Shown: positions 27,613 to 39,934 of the stretch, piece by piece | Layout of the letters: the number at the start of each line of letters is the position of its first letter | Position numbering within the stretch: the stretch's first letter is position 1 | Source: Octopus vulgaris | Taxonomy: Eukaryota | Length of the DNA: 64,000 nt | Direction of reading: 5' to 3' | NCBI GenBank assembly: GCA_951406725.2 | Contig: OX597837.1 | Span: 42,532,001-42,596,000, forward strand | Position numbers and translations under genes: made by a program | Notes under the pieces: generated by a model | Told to the model about the DNA's origin: nothing | What the model saw: only the letters and a program-made list of their open reading frames with translations | Databases searched by the model: none

Positions 27613-28504
27613 TTAAGAAGCTTCCTTTGTAACTATGTGGTTTTAGGTTCAATCCCACATTGCAGAACGTAGGCCCGTTAGAAATAGCAGCCAAATCTCT
27701 ATTGAATCATACACTACTGTCCCAATAAAACAGAATATATGAGATAATGTAATCCATTCTCTAAAATTATAGGAAGGTTACAGCTGAAGTGACTGACCAC
27801 AGGTTTGTTGAAGTTGACCTAAGGTTTGTTGAAGGTTTGTTTATTAAAGTTTGTTGAAGTTGACCGAAGATTAAACCTGAGGAGGGAGACTATGTGGTTA
27901 GCTGGCCTATTAGAAATAGCAGCCAAATATCACTTGATACACACTCTACTGTCTTAATAATAAAATACAAGGACATATGATATGAGACAATGTAATCCAT
28001 AGTATTCTCTAAAATGATAGGATGCTTACATCTGAGATGACTTTGATCACAGATTTGTTAATCAAAGCTGACCCAGGGTTAAACAACAACAACCGTTTTA
28101 AGGAGATAAGTCACTTCATCTTGTCTACATATCAAACTATCCTTTCTAAGAAATGCATCGTTGGTTTAAGCAGCAACCCTATCACATTAATACAGTGGAA
28201 GAAATCATGCAACATCACTAAATCCGGTTGCAGCATCAAAAGACATGCGCTCATAACTTAAAATTTTATGGATTCAGAAACAGGGGAGAAGGGAGGCGGT
28301 GGAGGGGTATTTCCTGGATGAGGGAACAGCATTATCTGTGCAAGGTTGATGCAATTAATAATGTTCGTTTTGAATTCAGGCAGATTAGTAGACATCAGAG
28401 GGAAAACATGGACAGAAATGTTTCATAATAATTATTATTGTCATACAGGACTCTTTATTCTGTGCAAAAGTTCCCTTCTCTTTATGGATTGGATAATAAT
28501 CCAT

Positions 28505-28713
28505 TCTACTACAGGCACATGGCCTGAAATTTCTGGGGGAAGGGTCTAGTCAATTACATCAACCCCAGTGATCAACTGGTACTTATTTTATTGACCCTGA
28601 AAGGATGAAAGCAAAGTTAACCTTGGCGGAATTTGAACTCAGGACATAGAGGCAGATGAAATGCCACTAAGCATTTTGCCCAGTATACTAATGCTTCTGC
28701 CAGCTCGCTACCT
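28505..28713 (-). mobile_element. Older SINE related to family B
   Basis: ACTGGTACTTATTTTATTGACCCTGAAAGGATGAAAG…GAATTTGAACTCAG…CTGCCAGCTCGC. A second decayed copy lies at about 28850-29035. Confidence 0.8.
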
Positions 28714-28714
28714 T

Positions 28715-28759
<45 letters not shown>

Positions 28760-29249
28760 TTCTTACATAGACACAAAGCTTCGAATTTTAGGGAGGAGTT
28801 GTAAGTCAAGTAATCAACCCTAGAATTTGACTGACACATAATCCTTTCTACCCCATGCACAAGGCCTGAAATTTTTGAAGGGAAGGAGCTAGTTGATTAC
28901 ATTAACCCCAGTACTTGACTGGTACTTATCTTATTGACTCTGAAAAGACAAGAGGCAAAGTTAACCACAGCAGAATTTGAACTCAGGACGTAAACATTTT
29001 GTCTAGTGTGCTAAAGATTTTGTCAGCACACTGACACAGAATACCTGCCAAAATGATGACAAGAAAGGCCCCTACATTAACTAATATCTAGTCAGATGAA
29101 AGTAGAAAATGAAAATTTGCAGATCTGGTAGCAGAGGACTTGAAATTGAAGTTTAAGAATTCTTGAATGCAACATGGGATCAAAGCTTTCCACTAAAATG
29201 TCAAAAGCATATAATAAAGCGAAATATAGTGGAGAATAAGTGGTGGTCA

Positions 29250-29587
29250 CTATCTTTTATCTTTTACTTGTTTTAGTCACTGGACTGTGGCTATGTTAGG
29301 GTGTTACCCTGAAGCATTTTAGTTGAACAAATCAATGCGAGTACTTATAGTTTTAATATTGGTACTTATTCTATCAGTTTCTTTCGGCAAACTGCTAGTA
29401 CCAGGGATGTAAATAAAACCCAACACCAAAAAGACACACACACACATGTATGACAGGCTTCCACACAATTTCCATCTACCAAATTCAGTCGCAAAGTATT
29501 GGTTGACCCAAAGCTATAGTACTGCACAGTGGGAGCAAACCCAAAACTGTGGTTGCAAAGCAAGCTACTTAACCGCACGGGCATACC
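29250..29587 (-). mobile_element. SINE family A, decayed
   Basis: Reverse complement of the tail (TCTTTTATCTTTTACTTGTTTTAGTCA) and body (TTTCCATCTACCAAATTC). Confidence 0.75.
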
Positions 29588-29987
29588 TGTGCTGTGCCTA
29601 TGATGGAGAAGACACTCCACTATATTGTCTCTGTTTAGTCTTAGCCAAAGTATGACAAAGTTTAGGACTACATACATTGAAAATTATGTAGAAAGGGAAA
29701 AAATCCAAGCTGTGTCCTCCTCAAGCACATCTGCATATGCCAGTGTTACATTGAAGTATGTAGCTGTTGTCGTTGTATTGATATGAGGTACATATTAGAG
29801 TTGAAAATTATGGAAATATTGTTCGCAGAATTATATAACAAAGCAGGAATCTGGAAAAAGTTTTGGCATTATTTATTCACATTATACATGTTTTATTTGC
29901 TAATGCGAATCACAAAATCGTACATGTTGAATAAACATGTAAGAAATTTCCTACTAGAAATTCTTCAGACGGAGAATCAAATACATT

Positions 29988-30445
29988 GTTATACATTGAA
30001 AGCTATATCAATATTATGAAATATCAACAAAGAAGCCATATGGACATATACCAGAAAAGCTTTCAGGAAAGTATAAAGCATGCATACACTCAGATATACC
30101 AATACAGGCAGGGGGAACAGGGTTACTCAAAACAGACGTTGTTTTCTAAGACTACCAGGAAAGAAAGTGCCTCTTAACTAAGGTATCAGCCCCAACTGAT
30201 GCTAAAGCTTCTCTCAACAGGATGGTAAGATTATCCAGATGTAAAGATGTGGAAATGCACACAGATAACCTGGATGCGGAGGCTGGAAGCATAAATAATA
30301 CCTATCATAATAGGTGCCTTGGGATGATAAAAAAAATATTCAGATAAATACATAACCAAAGCCCCCTAGACTTACCGATATGCATAGCATAGAGAAGCTA
30401 TCACTACTAGTCACACTATACATACATTAAAATTAGAATATTTCC
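29988..30445 (+). pseudogene. 3' fragment of a non-LTR retrotransposon with a restriction-like endonuclease (R4/Dong-like), disrupted
   Basis: Manual translation with stops and frameshifts: IH*KLYQYYEISTKKPYGHIPEK…DIPIQ…KTDVVF*DYQERKCLLTKVSAPTD…LSRCKDVE…IIPIIIGALG…IEKLSLL. This follows the RLE pattern HWK…HxPE…RPDIV…IDxSxPxD…KYKDLE…IPVVIGALG. Confidence 0.75.
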
Positions 30446-30539
30446 AAATATGAAAACAACAAAACCAAATCAAAAGAAAGAAGAAACAAATTTGCACATA
30501 CTCAAAGAACACAGAGCCGTGCTTTGAAGACAGCTTTGC

Positions 30540-30627
30540 AGCAGCAGCAGTAGTAGTAGTAGTAGTAGTGGTTGTGGTGGTGGTGGTAGCAGTAGTAGTG
30601 GTTGTGGTGGTAGCAGTAGTAGTGGTT

Positions 30628-30686
<59 letters not shown>

Positions 30687-30775
30687 GGTAGTAGTAGTAG
30701 TGGTGGTGGTGGTGGTAGTAGTAGTAGTGGTGGTAGTAGTGGTAGTATTATAGTAGTAGTAGCAGTAGTAGTAGT

Positions 30776-30850
<75 letters not shown>

Positions 30851-30874
30851 GGTAGTATTATAGTATTAGTAGTA

Positions 30875-30936
<62 letters not shown>
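30540..30936 (+). repeat. (TAG/TGG/CAG)n trinucleotide microsatellite
   Basis: Direct reading. Confidence 0.95.
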
Positions 30937-30937
<1 letters not shown>

Positions 30938-31556
30938 AGGATGATTTATATAAGAGGAGTCTTTTAGAAATAGAAAATTATTATCAAACAACTACAATAG
31001 AACTAAGAAAATATTTGAGAGGCAATAAAGGTAGATTATATAAGTTAGGCAACAGGGGAATATACGTATCTAAGAAACAACAACCACAACAATAACAACA
31101 ACAACAACTTCTCTTTTGCTGGAGATGATAAAGAATTAATTAAGCACCATATAGATAGAGATTGTCAACATAGAAGCAGTTGAGGATAAGAACAGTCGTA
31201 CAAAAGTAAAAAAGCAAAGAAAATAAAACAAAAATACGACATGAAACAAAAGAGTTGCAGATAGGAGAGTAAAGGGAGGAGGCAAGACAAATCTCTGGGG
31301 GGTCAGTATCTGACAAGACTAGACACAAGCAGAGTAAATATGAAAAGCAAACTGAAAATAACTTAGCAGTGCTGGTTTAAAAGTTCAGACAGAAGTCTTT
31401 ATAAATGCTTCAAAAGACCAGAGATTATGAAGAACGGAGACGACCTCGGGGAGCCTCGATGCTGTAACTCCACTTGCTAGAAAAAAAAAACATCTGACCA
31501 ATCTCACTCCAGTCACACCCCTACTGTTTTTATCATCATTGTTGTTAATGTTTTAA

Positions 31557-32171
31557 CCCTTTCATTACCAACCCCGGCTGAAACCCGGCTCTGGCTCAGT
31601 AGTACAAATGTCTTGTTTTCATAAGTTTTGAATTAAAACCTTCCACCAAACCTTAGTCATAATTTATGTTCCTAACACTAGCTGAATGATAACTAAGTTA
31701 TTTTACTAAATTCTTTGTTATATTTAAAGAGGAGTGGCTGTGTGGTAAGTAGCTTGCTAACCAACCACATGTGTGGCATCTTGGGCAAGTGTCTTCTGCT
31801 ATAGCCCCGGGTCGACCAATGCCTAGTGAGTGGATTTGGTAGACGGAAACTGAAAGAAGCCTGTCGTATATATGTATATATATATAAGTGTGTGTGTATA
31901 TGTTTGTGTGTCTGTGTTTGTCCCCCTAGCATTGCTTGACAACCAATGCTGGTGTGTTTACGTCCCTGTCACTTAGCGGTTCGGCAAAAGAGACCGATAG
32001 AATAAGTACTGGGCTTACAAAGAATAAGTCCCGGGGTCGATTTGCTCGACTAAAGGTGGTGCTCCAGCATGGCCGCAGTCAAATGACTGAAACAAGTAAG
32101 AGAGTAAAGAGAGTAAAAGAGTAATTGAAAGAAACACAGAGCATCTCAAAATAAATACAGTAACGAAAGGG
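31557..32171 (+). mobile_element. piggyBac-type MITE family 1 interrupted by a family A SINE
   Basis: TTAA|CCCTTTCATTAC…TATTTAAA [SINE] GTAATTGAAAG…GTAACGAAAGGG|TTAA. Confidence 0.9.
31730..32120 (+). mobile_element. Young, CpG-retaining SINE family A copy with part of the head deleted
   Basis: GGAGTGGCTGTGTGGTAAG…TTGGGCAAGTGTCTTCT…GGATTTGGTAGACGGAAACTGAAAGAAGCC…CAGCATGGCCGCAGTCAAATGACTGAAACAAG, with an (AGAGTAA)n tail. Confidence 0.92.
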
Positions 32172-32269
32172 TTAATGTCCTCACTTCCATGCTTGAGTGC
32201 CTCAAGTACTTTTGCATTATGAGTTCAAATCTGGCTCAAAGCTGACCCTGCCCATCATATCGATTTCAA

Positions 32270-32697
32270 ATTTTGGGAGAGGTGAGAAAGCCGATTACAT
32301 CAACCCCAGTATTCAAGTGGTCTTTATTTTATCAACCCTGAAAAGATGACAGGCAAAGTCGACCTCAGCGGGATTTGAACACAGAACGTGAAGACGGATG
32401 AAATACCTATTCCTTTACTACCCACAAGGGGCTAAACACAGCGAAGACAAACAAGAACAGACAAACGGATTAAGTCGAATATATTGAACCCAGTGCGTAA
32501 CTGGTACTTATTTAATTGACCCTGAAAGGATGAAAGGCAAAGCCGACCTCGGCGGAATTTGAACTCAGAATGTAGCGGCAGCTGAAATACTGCAAAGCAT
32601 TTCTCCCAGCGTGCTAACGTGTCTGCCAGCTCGCCGGATGAAATACCACCAAGCATTTTGCTTGGCATGTTAACTATTGTGCCAGCTCACCACTTGC
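32270..32697 (-). mobile_element. SINE family B copy (32408-32634) nested in an older related SINE, 13-bp TSD
   Basis: CGGATGAAATACC at 32395-32407 and 32635-32647. Confidence 0.9.
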
Positions 32698-32862
32698 AAA
32701 TCATATCTATGACATGACAGACCCTGCCTATCGTATCATATTCTTCTTTCAGAGTTGATGAACTAAGTACCAGTCAATTAGTTATAGTTGTTAATGCAAT
32801 CAACTGCTGTTCTTTGGTCACTCCAAATGTGAGGTCTTGGGCCTAACTGGCTTGAAACTTAC

Positions 32863-32899
32863 TTTCCTCTTCAAAGACGGTTGCTTTTTCAAGAGGAAG
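32863..32899 (-). CDS. Candidate 37-nt exon (xFLLKKQPSLKRK or LPLEKATVFEEE)
   Basis: Minus strand CTGATAATGTCCTCTGTCAG| … AAA|GTAAGT. Both splice sites are close to consensus. Confidence 0.3.
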
Positions 32900-33099
32900 C
32901 TGACAGAGGACATTATCAGTTGCAATCATAATCATTCTAGTTTATTGATTTTAGTGCCAGTTTATTACTGCATAGCACTCTATCATTTATATACTAATAG
33001 AGCTCAATATATATCATTTGCAACATCTTGTGGACAGCAAGCAGAGAAATACAAATAATTACATGTGAATAACGAGATAGAGTCATACGCCCATAGACA

Positions 33100-33170
33100 G
33101 GTAGAATGGACAGGTAGATATATACATAATTATAGTCAGACAGACGGACAGACATATAGAAAGAAAGAGG

Positions 33171-33238
<68 letters not shown>

Positions 33239-33267
33239 TATAGTCAGACAGATAGACATATAGAAAA

Positions 33268-33298
<31 letters not shown>

Positions 33299-33351
33299 TA
33301 GATAGATAGAGATAGTTATACAGATAGTTAGACAGACAGACAGATAGATAA

Positions 33352-33408
<57 letters not shown>

Positions 33409-33635
33409 GATAGTTATACAGATATATAGATAGATAGACAGATAGATAGACAGATAAATAGATAGATAGCTATACAGATAGATATCTACATAGATAGACA
33501 TCCAGGTAGATACGTAGATATACAGGTAGATTTATACAGACATACAGATGTACAGACAGATATACAGACAGACAAATATGCAGATCGATAGATAAATGTA
33601 CAAACGGACAGACAGACGGATGGATAGATAAATAG
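33100..33635 (+). repeat. (GATA)/(GACA)n microsatellite
   Basis: Direct reading. Confidence 0.95.
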
Positions 33636-34486
33636 GTTAAAGAGGGTGAACATAAATGAAAGGACAGACAACTGACAGAGACAGATAACCAATCATATAT
33701 TTTATAGTTACTTTTCCTTGAGATTCCAAGTGTCCTAATGTCGGTAATCATATTCATTCGCGTTCGTAATCTAAAGCAGGAGGATTTGGTAACATTATTC
33801 ACCATAACTTTGATTTCACATGAACAATACACATATATGCAACACATGCATCTCTCTCTCTCTCTCTCTCTCTCGCTCTCTCTTGCTCTGATACACACAT
33901 AAAGAAATTTACGAAGCTATATGAATTCACAAAACCTGACAGTATATAGTAAAAGAAGTTTAACGGGGGGGTGGACTGTGGTGGGAGTGGGGTGGAGTAA
34001 AAGGAATAAAGAAAAAAAAAAGATGCTGAAAGACTTTTGGAAGGAAGCAATAAAATAAACAAGAAAAGAAAAAATAATGCCAAACTGCAGATATCAAATA
34101 AAATTTTATATTTGTTTGCATTCGATGTGTGAAGTGTAGAAGAACATAAAGAAAAATAAACGGAGAGAAATAGTTTTAGAGCCTCTTTATATCATTATAC
34201 GGAGAGATCATAGAATTAGGATCAGAGCTGGTAGACTTGTGGCACAAAAGTAGCCAATTAAACGATACATTTATATTTTAGCTGCAGCCATCCTGGGGAC
34301 AGACTCTCTTATGCTTTAGGATTTAAAACACAGGCTTCGTTTTTAAAGACAGCTTTGAATATGTTTGAGCTGAATTGACAACTATATTGAACATGAGCCA
34401 GTGAGCAAGCTTCTGCATAGTCACTTAACCAGCTAGAAATAGCAGCCAGACCTCACCAAAATTACACTTGTATACACTGTCTACCA

Positions 34487-34770
34487 TGAAGGCAAGTGCT
34501 TAGTGATTAGGGTGTTGTACTCATGATTGCAGGATCATAGTTTCAATTCCCAGACCAGGCAGTGTGTCATAATCTTGAGCAAGGCACTTTGTTTCACATT
34601 GCTCCAGTTCACTCAGTTGTAAATAACTAAATCTGCAACAGACTGGTATCTTGCTCGGGGAGAAATGCTGTGATCTTGGTCAGTAATACACCATGGAGAC
34701 TGCTGATCGGTCCTTTGAGTCCCAAGGACTCAAGACAGTAATGTCAAAGGGACTTACTTTTACTTTTACG
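34487..34770 (+). mobile_element. SINE family D
   Basis: GCTTAGTGATTAGGGTG…TTTCAATTCCC…CTTGAGCAAGGCAC…TTCACATTGCTCCAGTTCACTCAG, with a (TTTTAC)n tail. Confidence 0.7.
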
Positions 34771-34799
34771 CACTTTACCAATTAAAAAAGGTGGCATTG

Positions 34800-35477
34800 G
34801 ATTATTAGTTCGTCTGTCATTGTCAACAATGACCAAGGAACATCACATGAGAAGAAGAAGATGGGGTATGGCGTGTCCAGCTGTGGTCAATCAATCTAAT
34901 GTGTAAATGGAAGGTTCTGCCGTACGTTGGGCAGTGATGGTCTGTTGTAAATGAAGGCAAGGCGTTCGCTCTGGACTTGTGTACTTCACATGTTCTTTGT
35001 AGTCCTGCAATCCTGTTCTGTTCATAGGATGTGGCACCTTTGTTGATGCATCTTCACCAGGCAGGACACTCTTGTGCTTGCATTTCCCAGGTATTAGAGT
35101 TGATCTCAAAGCCCTTCGGTGAGGCTTTGAATGTGTCCTTGAAGTGTCTTATCTGTTCACCTTGCATGCACTTGGCTTCTGCCAGTTTGCTGTAAAACAG
35201 TCTCTTGAGGAGTTGCATGTCAGGCATTTGAGCAAAATGGCATACTCACTGGACTCATGCTTTCCTCAGCAGTGTGTAAATGCTTGGCAGGTCAGCTTGA
35301 GAGAGGACCTCCATGTTTTGGACCCTGTCTTGCCAAATAATTTTCAACACCTTTTTTCAGGCAGTTCAAATGCAAGTGGTTTAGCTTTTGGCGTACCGTT
35401 TATAAACTACCCAAGTCTCACAGGCATACAGTAGCATAGGCAGTACAACTGCTTGATACACCTTCAACTTAGCATTG
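34800..35477 (-). pseudogene. 5'-truncated RTE-clade (BovB-like) LINE, 3' end of ORF, disrupted
   Basis: Minus-strand translation KLKVYQAVVLPMLLYACETWVVYKR…IIWQDRV…EVLSQADLPSIYTLL…MPD…KRLFY…FKDTFKAS…NTWE…CPTYGRTF…LIDH. This is the typical post-RT region and C-terminal zinc-knuckle of RTE LINEs. Confidence 0.92.
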
Positions 35478-36280
35478 GAAAATGTAATCCTAGATATAAT
35501 AATGTCTGAAAAAAACATGGTATGATCACGACTGCAAGAAGGAGAAGAACAACAACAACACTATACTGAACAGATTAAATGCTTACATAGAAGCCATCTT
35601 ATTTGTAGGTAGTAAGACACTGGAAAAGTTACAGAATGGCTGAAAAAATCCAATGAAGTCAATTCGCGTAAACCATTAAGAAGTATAAAATATTGATAAT
35701 CCTAATTCTATGGCATCATTATAAGAACATCAACTATGTCATATCTTTTATTGTAAGAGCGTCTTTGATGTATTTATGCAAGCACTGGCACCTAATGTCA
35801 TAATACTCTAATCCTGGTGCCTTAGTAAATGCAAATTTAGAACTTTTAGGAATACATTTATATCTTTATATATATCTCGAGCTTCATATGAGTTAGCATT
35901 GTAAATCTGACAACTTTGCCATATAACCTGAGTGCTGTTGTTGGTAAATATACCATAATGCCGAGATAATTGAGTTACAAAAAAAAACTGCCACAACAAG
36001 GATAAACTCATAACTTACATTATCGACTAACTCGTCCATTTTTATGTCAGATAAACCTTGTCAATTTTCAAGCTGTGTGAATTGTCATTTAGTTCAGCAA
36101 TGCAACCTCATTCTTTAAAGAGATGTAGGCTGGTGGAGAGAGAATGATTAGGCAAAGTACACGATACAATGTCTAGAAGACCAGATACAATAAGGAAACT
36201 AAGCGAAGGAGGGGGTCATATGAGAGTAGAATGCTGCCAGTTAAAAAAAACAGCCTCTGTTTAATTTTTTTTTTGTTTTT

Positions 36281-36605
36281 AGCTATGTGGCTTATAAGCT
36301 TGTTTTGCAACAACATGGTTTCAGGTTCAGTCCTACAGGGCAGCACCTTGGACAAATGTCTTCTGTTATAGCTCTGGGCAAACTAATGTCTTGTGAGAGA
36401 ATTTGGTAGATAAAAGCAGTGTGGAAGTCATGTGTGTGTGTGTGTGTGTTTCGGATTTGTCTCTACTTTCCTGTAACTCATTTGTTTGACATACAAGACC
36501 AATAAAATGAGTACCACACATAAAAAAAAAAAAGATACATACTGTTTGACTAAAAAAAAACCTTGGTTGTGGTCTAATGGCTGAAACAAGTAAAAGGCAA
36601 AAGAT
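36281..36605 (+). mobile_element. SINE family A, decayed
   Basis: GGTTTCAGGTTCAGTCC…CACCTTGGACAAATGTCTTCT…GCTGAAACAAGTAAAAG. Confidence 0.75.
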
Positions 36606-36689
36606 AGTCCTTAATAATTTTTTTCTCAGATGTTGCATACAGGAGTTTAATATCTCACAAAAGTCACAAAATAACAGGAAGGGCATTAT

Positions 36690-36830
36690 GTACATTATTT
36701 ACATTTGACAGATATCTGTCCTCATCTTGTTTGTTGCTAAGACAATGTTCAGCTGATATACCCTCCAGCCTTCATCAGGTGTCTTGGGGAAATTTCGAAC
36801 TTGGGTTTTCATTCCTAAGGAATTTCTCGA

Positions 36831-36907
<77 letters not shown>

Positions 36908-36996
36908 ATAGTAGTAGTATTCAGGTCACTGCCTGGAATAGAACTCAGAATCTTGGGGTTAGTAGCCCATGCTCTTAACCACTACGCCATAGGCCC
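36690..36996 (-). mobile_element. Composite element: tRNA-derived head, (TAC)/(AAT)n linker and hammerhead-containing tail
   Basis: Head GGGCCTATGGCGTAGTGGTTAAGAGC…GAGTTCTATTCC (A and B boxes) at 36996-36920. Microsatellite at 36832-36919. Tail at 36831-36690 contains CTGATGA…GAA. Confidence 0.7.
36739..36785 (-). ncRNA. Degenerate minimal type I hammerhead ribozyme motif
   Basis: AAGACAC-CTGATGA-AGGCTG(GAGGGTATAT)CAGCT-GAA-CAT-TGTCTT. Stem I is AAGACA/TGTCTT and stem II is GGCTG/CAGCT. One A of GAAA is missing in this copy. Confidence 0.6.
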
Positions 36997-38146
36997 ATGT
37001 TTTTGTATTTGCTTTGCAAGAGTCTTTCTTGACTTGAACTTGTATGTTTAAACATACCTTGTTTTGTATCTTGGGAGGGTCATTATGCTAATAATAAGCA
37101 TGCACATACGCACACACTTGGTTCTACTTCACTTTTTTCATTTTTATTTGTTAATTGATTAATTATTCTATTAATTAACTCATCAATTGTTTGATGAATC
37201 ATTCAGTCAGTCAGTCAGTCAATCAATCAATCCAATCAATCATTCACCTGGGTTTGTCAATGTTTTCTTAACCTCATTAATGACATGCCCTCTCTATACC
37301 AGGTCTATTTCAGGTGTGTTTGCTTGTCTCCTAGTTTACAAGTTCTATATTTATTCTTATTCAGATGTGAGCGATCATTCCTTCTTCCTTTCAAGATCAC
37401 TAGAAGTAGTACAAATGCATGGAAGTTAAACCAGTTTCTCAATAGACTTGGTTGTGTTTGAAATAATACCACATACAAGCTGGCAAGAACAGAAAGTGAC
37501 AACAGAAAGAACCAAGTTGCCATTATATCATAAATAAATAAAAAAAATGATTCAGTTATCTTTTACGATTCTCCTATCTACTGCCATTTTATTTGTTTAA
37601 ACATTTTCCATAAGACTTAAGTGAAAAATAAAAATTACTTATTAATTCATAAAATAAATTTTATCTAATGGGAACATCAAACAGACAAGTATAAGATGAA
37701 TACTAAATGACACATGCATTGTTGGGTGAATTGAACAGTTTCATGTTTGTCTTAGACATTCAATCTTCTTTATTAAGTTTAAAATGTAAAAAAAAAAAAA
37801 AAATAAAACAGAAATAAAATCTGTATTTGCTAAGATGTGATACTTGCTCATTAGAAGAAAGGACTGCCATAAAAGATAACGATGCCAAGTTGGAAAGTGT
37901 ACAATTTAATCTGGGCATTAACTTGCAATGTTAAATGAAATTAAACTGAACAAAGAAGAGATGCAGTGTTATATGTGTCTATTTTCAATTTGTATTCAAT
38001 GTTTAATGGATGAATATCGCAAGCTTTTATTGAACGCCGAGAATCTTTGAAAAATTAGATCAACTTTCAGATTTTTTCAGCAGTAAAATCTACTTATGGA
38101 AAACTAGAAATTTTAAAATTTAAAATCTCTGACTCTCTCTCACTCA

Positions 38147-38148
38147 GC

Positions 38149-38179
<31 letters not shown>

Positions 38180-38895
38180 CACACATCCATACCTGTGTGA
38201 GTACATACACTAGAATCCATACAAATTCATACATTTAAATTCATAATACAAGTGCATAATATGTTATACATATATACATCTCTCTATATAAATATATATA
38301 CATGCTATATATAAATATATATATGCATGAATTATACATCATATATAGTATGAATATGCATATGTACATACACACAGCATTGTGTATATAATGTATGTCA
38401 AAGCCATAGCATATATATATATATACATACACACATCCATACCTGTATGACTACATACACTAGAATCCATACAAATTCATACATTTAAATTCATAATATA
38501 AGTGCATAATATGTTATACATCTCTATATATAAATATATATACATGCTATATATAAATATAAATATATACTTGCATTATACATCATATATAGTATGAATA
38601 TGCATATGTACATACACACAGCATTGTGTATATAATGTATGTCAAAGCCATAGCATATATATATATACATACACACATCCATACCTGTATGACTACATAC
38701 ACTAGAATCCATACAAATTCATACATTTAAATTCATAATATAAGTGCATAATATGTTATACATCTCTCTATATAAATATATATATACATGCTAATATATA
38801 AATATATATATACTTGCATTATACATCAATATAGTATGAATATGCATATGTGCATACACACAGCATTGAGTATATAATGTATGTCAAAGCCATAG
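38147..38895 (+). repeat. Tandem triplication of a ~245-260-bp AT-rich unit
   Basis: ACACATCCATACCTGT…CTAGAATCCATACAAATTCATAC…GTCAAAGCCATAG occurs three times (starts at about 38147, 38408 and 38652). Confidence 0.92.
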
Positions 38896-39845
38896 TGTAT
38901 TCCAAGAGCAGGTTGTTTTTGTAACAAGTTATATTTACTGTAACTTTGATCTACATTTTTTTTTCTTTAACAGCAAAAAAAAAAAAAAAAGAGAAAGAAA
39001 GAAAGAAAGAAAGACTGTATCACATTCTGACTGCTGAATAAGTATGTTATTTGTCGAGCTGCTTCCTGTACAGGTATAAAATAAGTTTTAATCTATGATA
39101 TACTATAATCTATTTATAATGATTCTATTTGTATCTCGAAATGTAATTACTTCTCTGGTTGATTGAGTTAAGATTTTCATTAAATATCAAATGAAATATT
39201 GAATTGCGATGACATGAAATGAGTGTTCAATACAACAATGAACAGAGAACAGAATGCAAAGGTTCAATAGACTAGCGGAATTAGGCATTAAGTAAATCAT
39301 TGACTAAAGAACATCCAACATTGGTTTACGACCAAAGCCCCTCCACAACAATCAATCTAGTGAATCATGTCTGGTAATTTCAACATTTTTCTATCAGCGA
39401 ACACTGCCAATTTAGGTGTTCTTTTATGCTATTATTCTTTTCCTCGTTTCAGTCACTGGACTGCGGCCATGCTGGGGCAGCACCTTCAAAGGGTTTTAGC
39501 CAATCATATTGACACCAAAACTTCTTTTTTTTTTTTTTTTTTTTTTTTCCAATTCTGGTACTTATTTTATCAATCTATAAATTTTATAGAATGGCTAAGT
39601 TGCATTGTTTGACACAATGCCAGTGGTTTTTAACTGGTGATGTGGCGTCAAACACTTAAACGCAAACAAAAGACACACACATACGCATACATAGATAACG
39701 AGCTTATGCAGTTTGCATCTAACAGAGTCCAGTCAACTTGAAAGTCATCATCATCACCATCATCATCATCAAACATTCACTTTACCATGCTGGTGTGGGT
39801 CAAATGGAATTTGTTGAGGCAGATTCTCTACGGCCAAATGCCCAT

Positions 39846-39934
39846 GGGCATATGGTGTAGTGGTTAAGAGTGCGGGCTACTAACCCCAAGATTCTGAATT
39901 TGATTCCAGGAAGTGACCTGAATAATAATAATAA
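39846..39934 (+). mobile_element. Second copy of the tRNA-derived head plus (AAT)n, without the hammerhead tail
   Basis: GGGCATATGGTGTAGTGGTTAAGAGTGCGGGCTACTAACCCCAAGATTCTGAATTTGATTCCAGGAAGTGACCTGAATAATAAT. Confidence 0.85.

Noticed and set aside
30568-30753. Poly-Val ORF, and poly-Asp/Met/Ser ORFs at 12744-13150
   Set aside because: They are trinucleotide microsatellites with no flanking coding signal.
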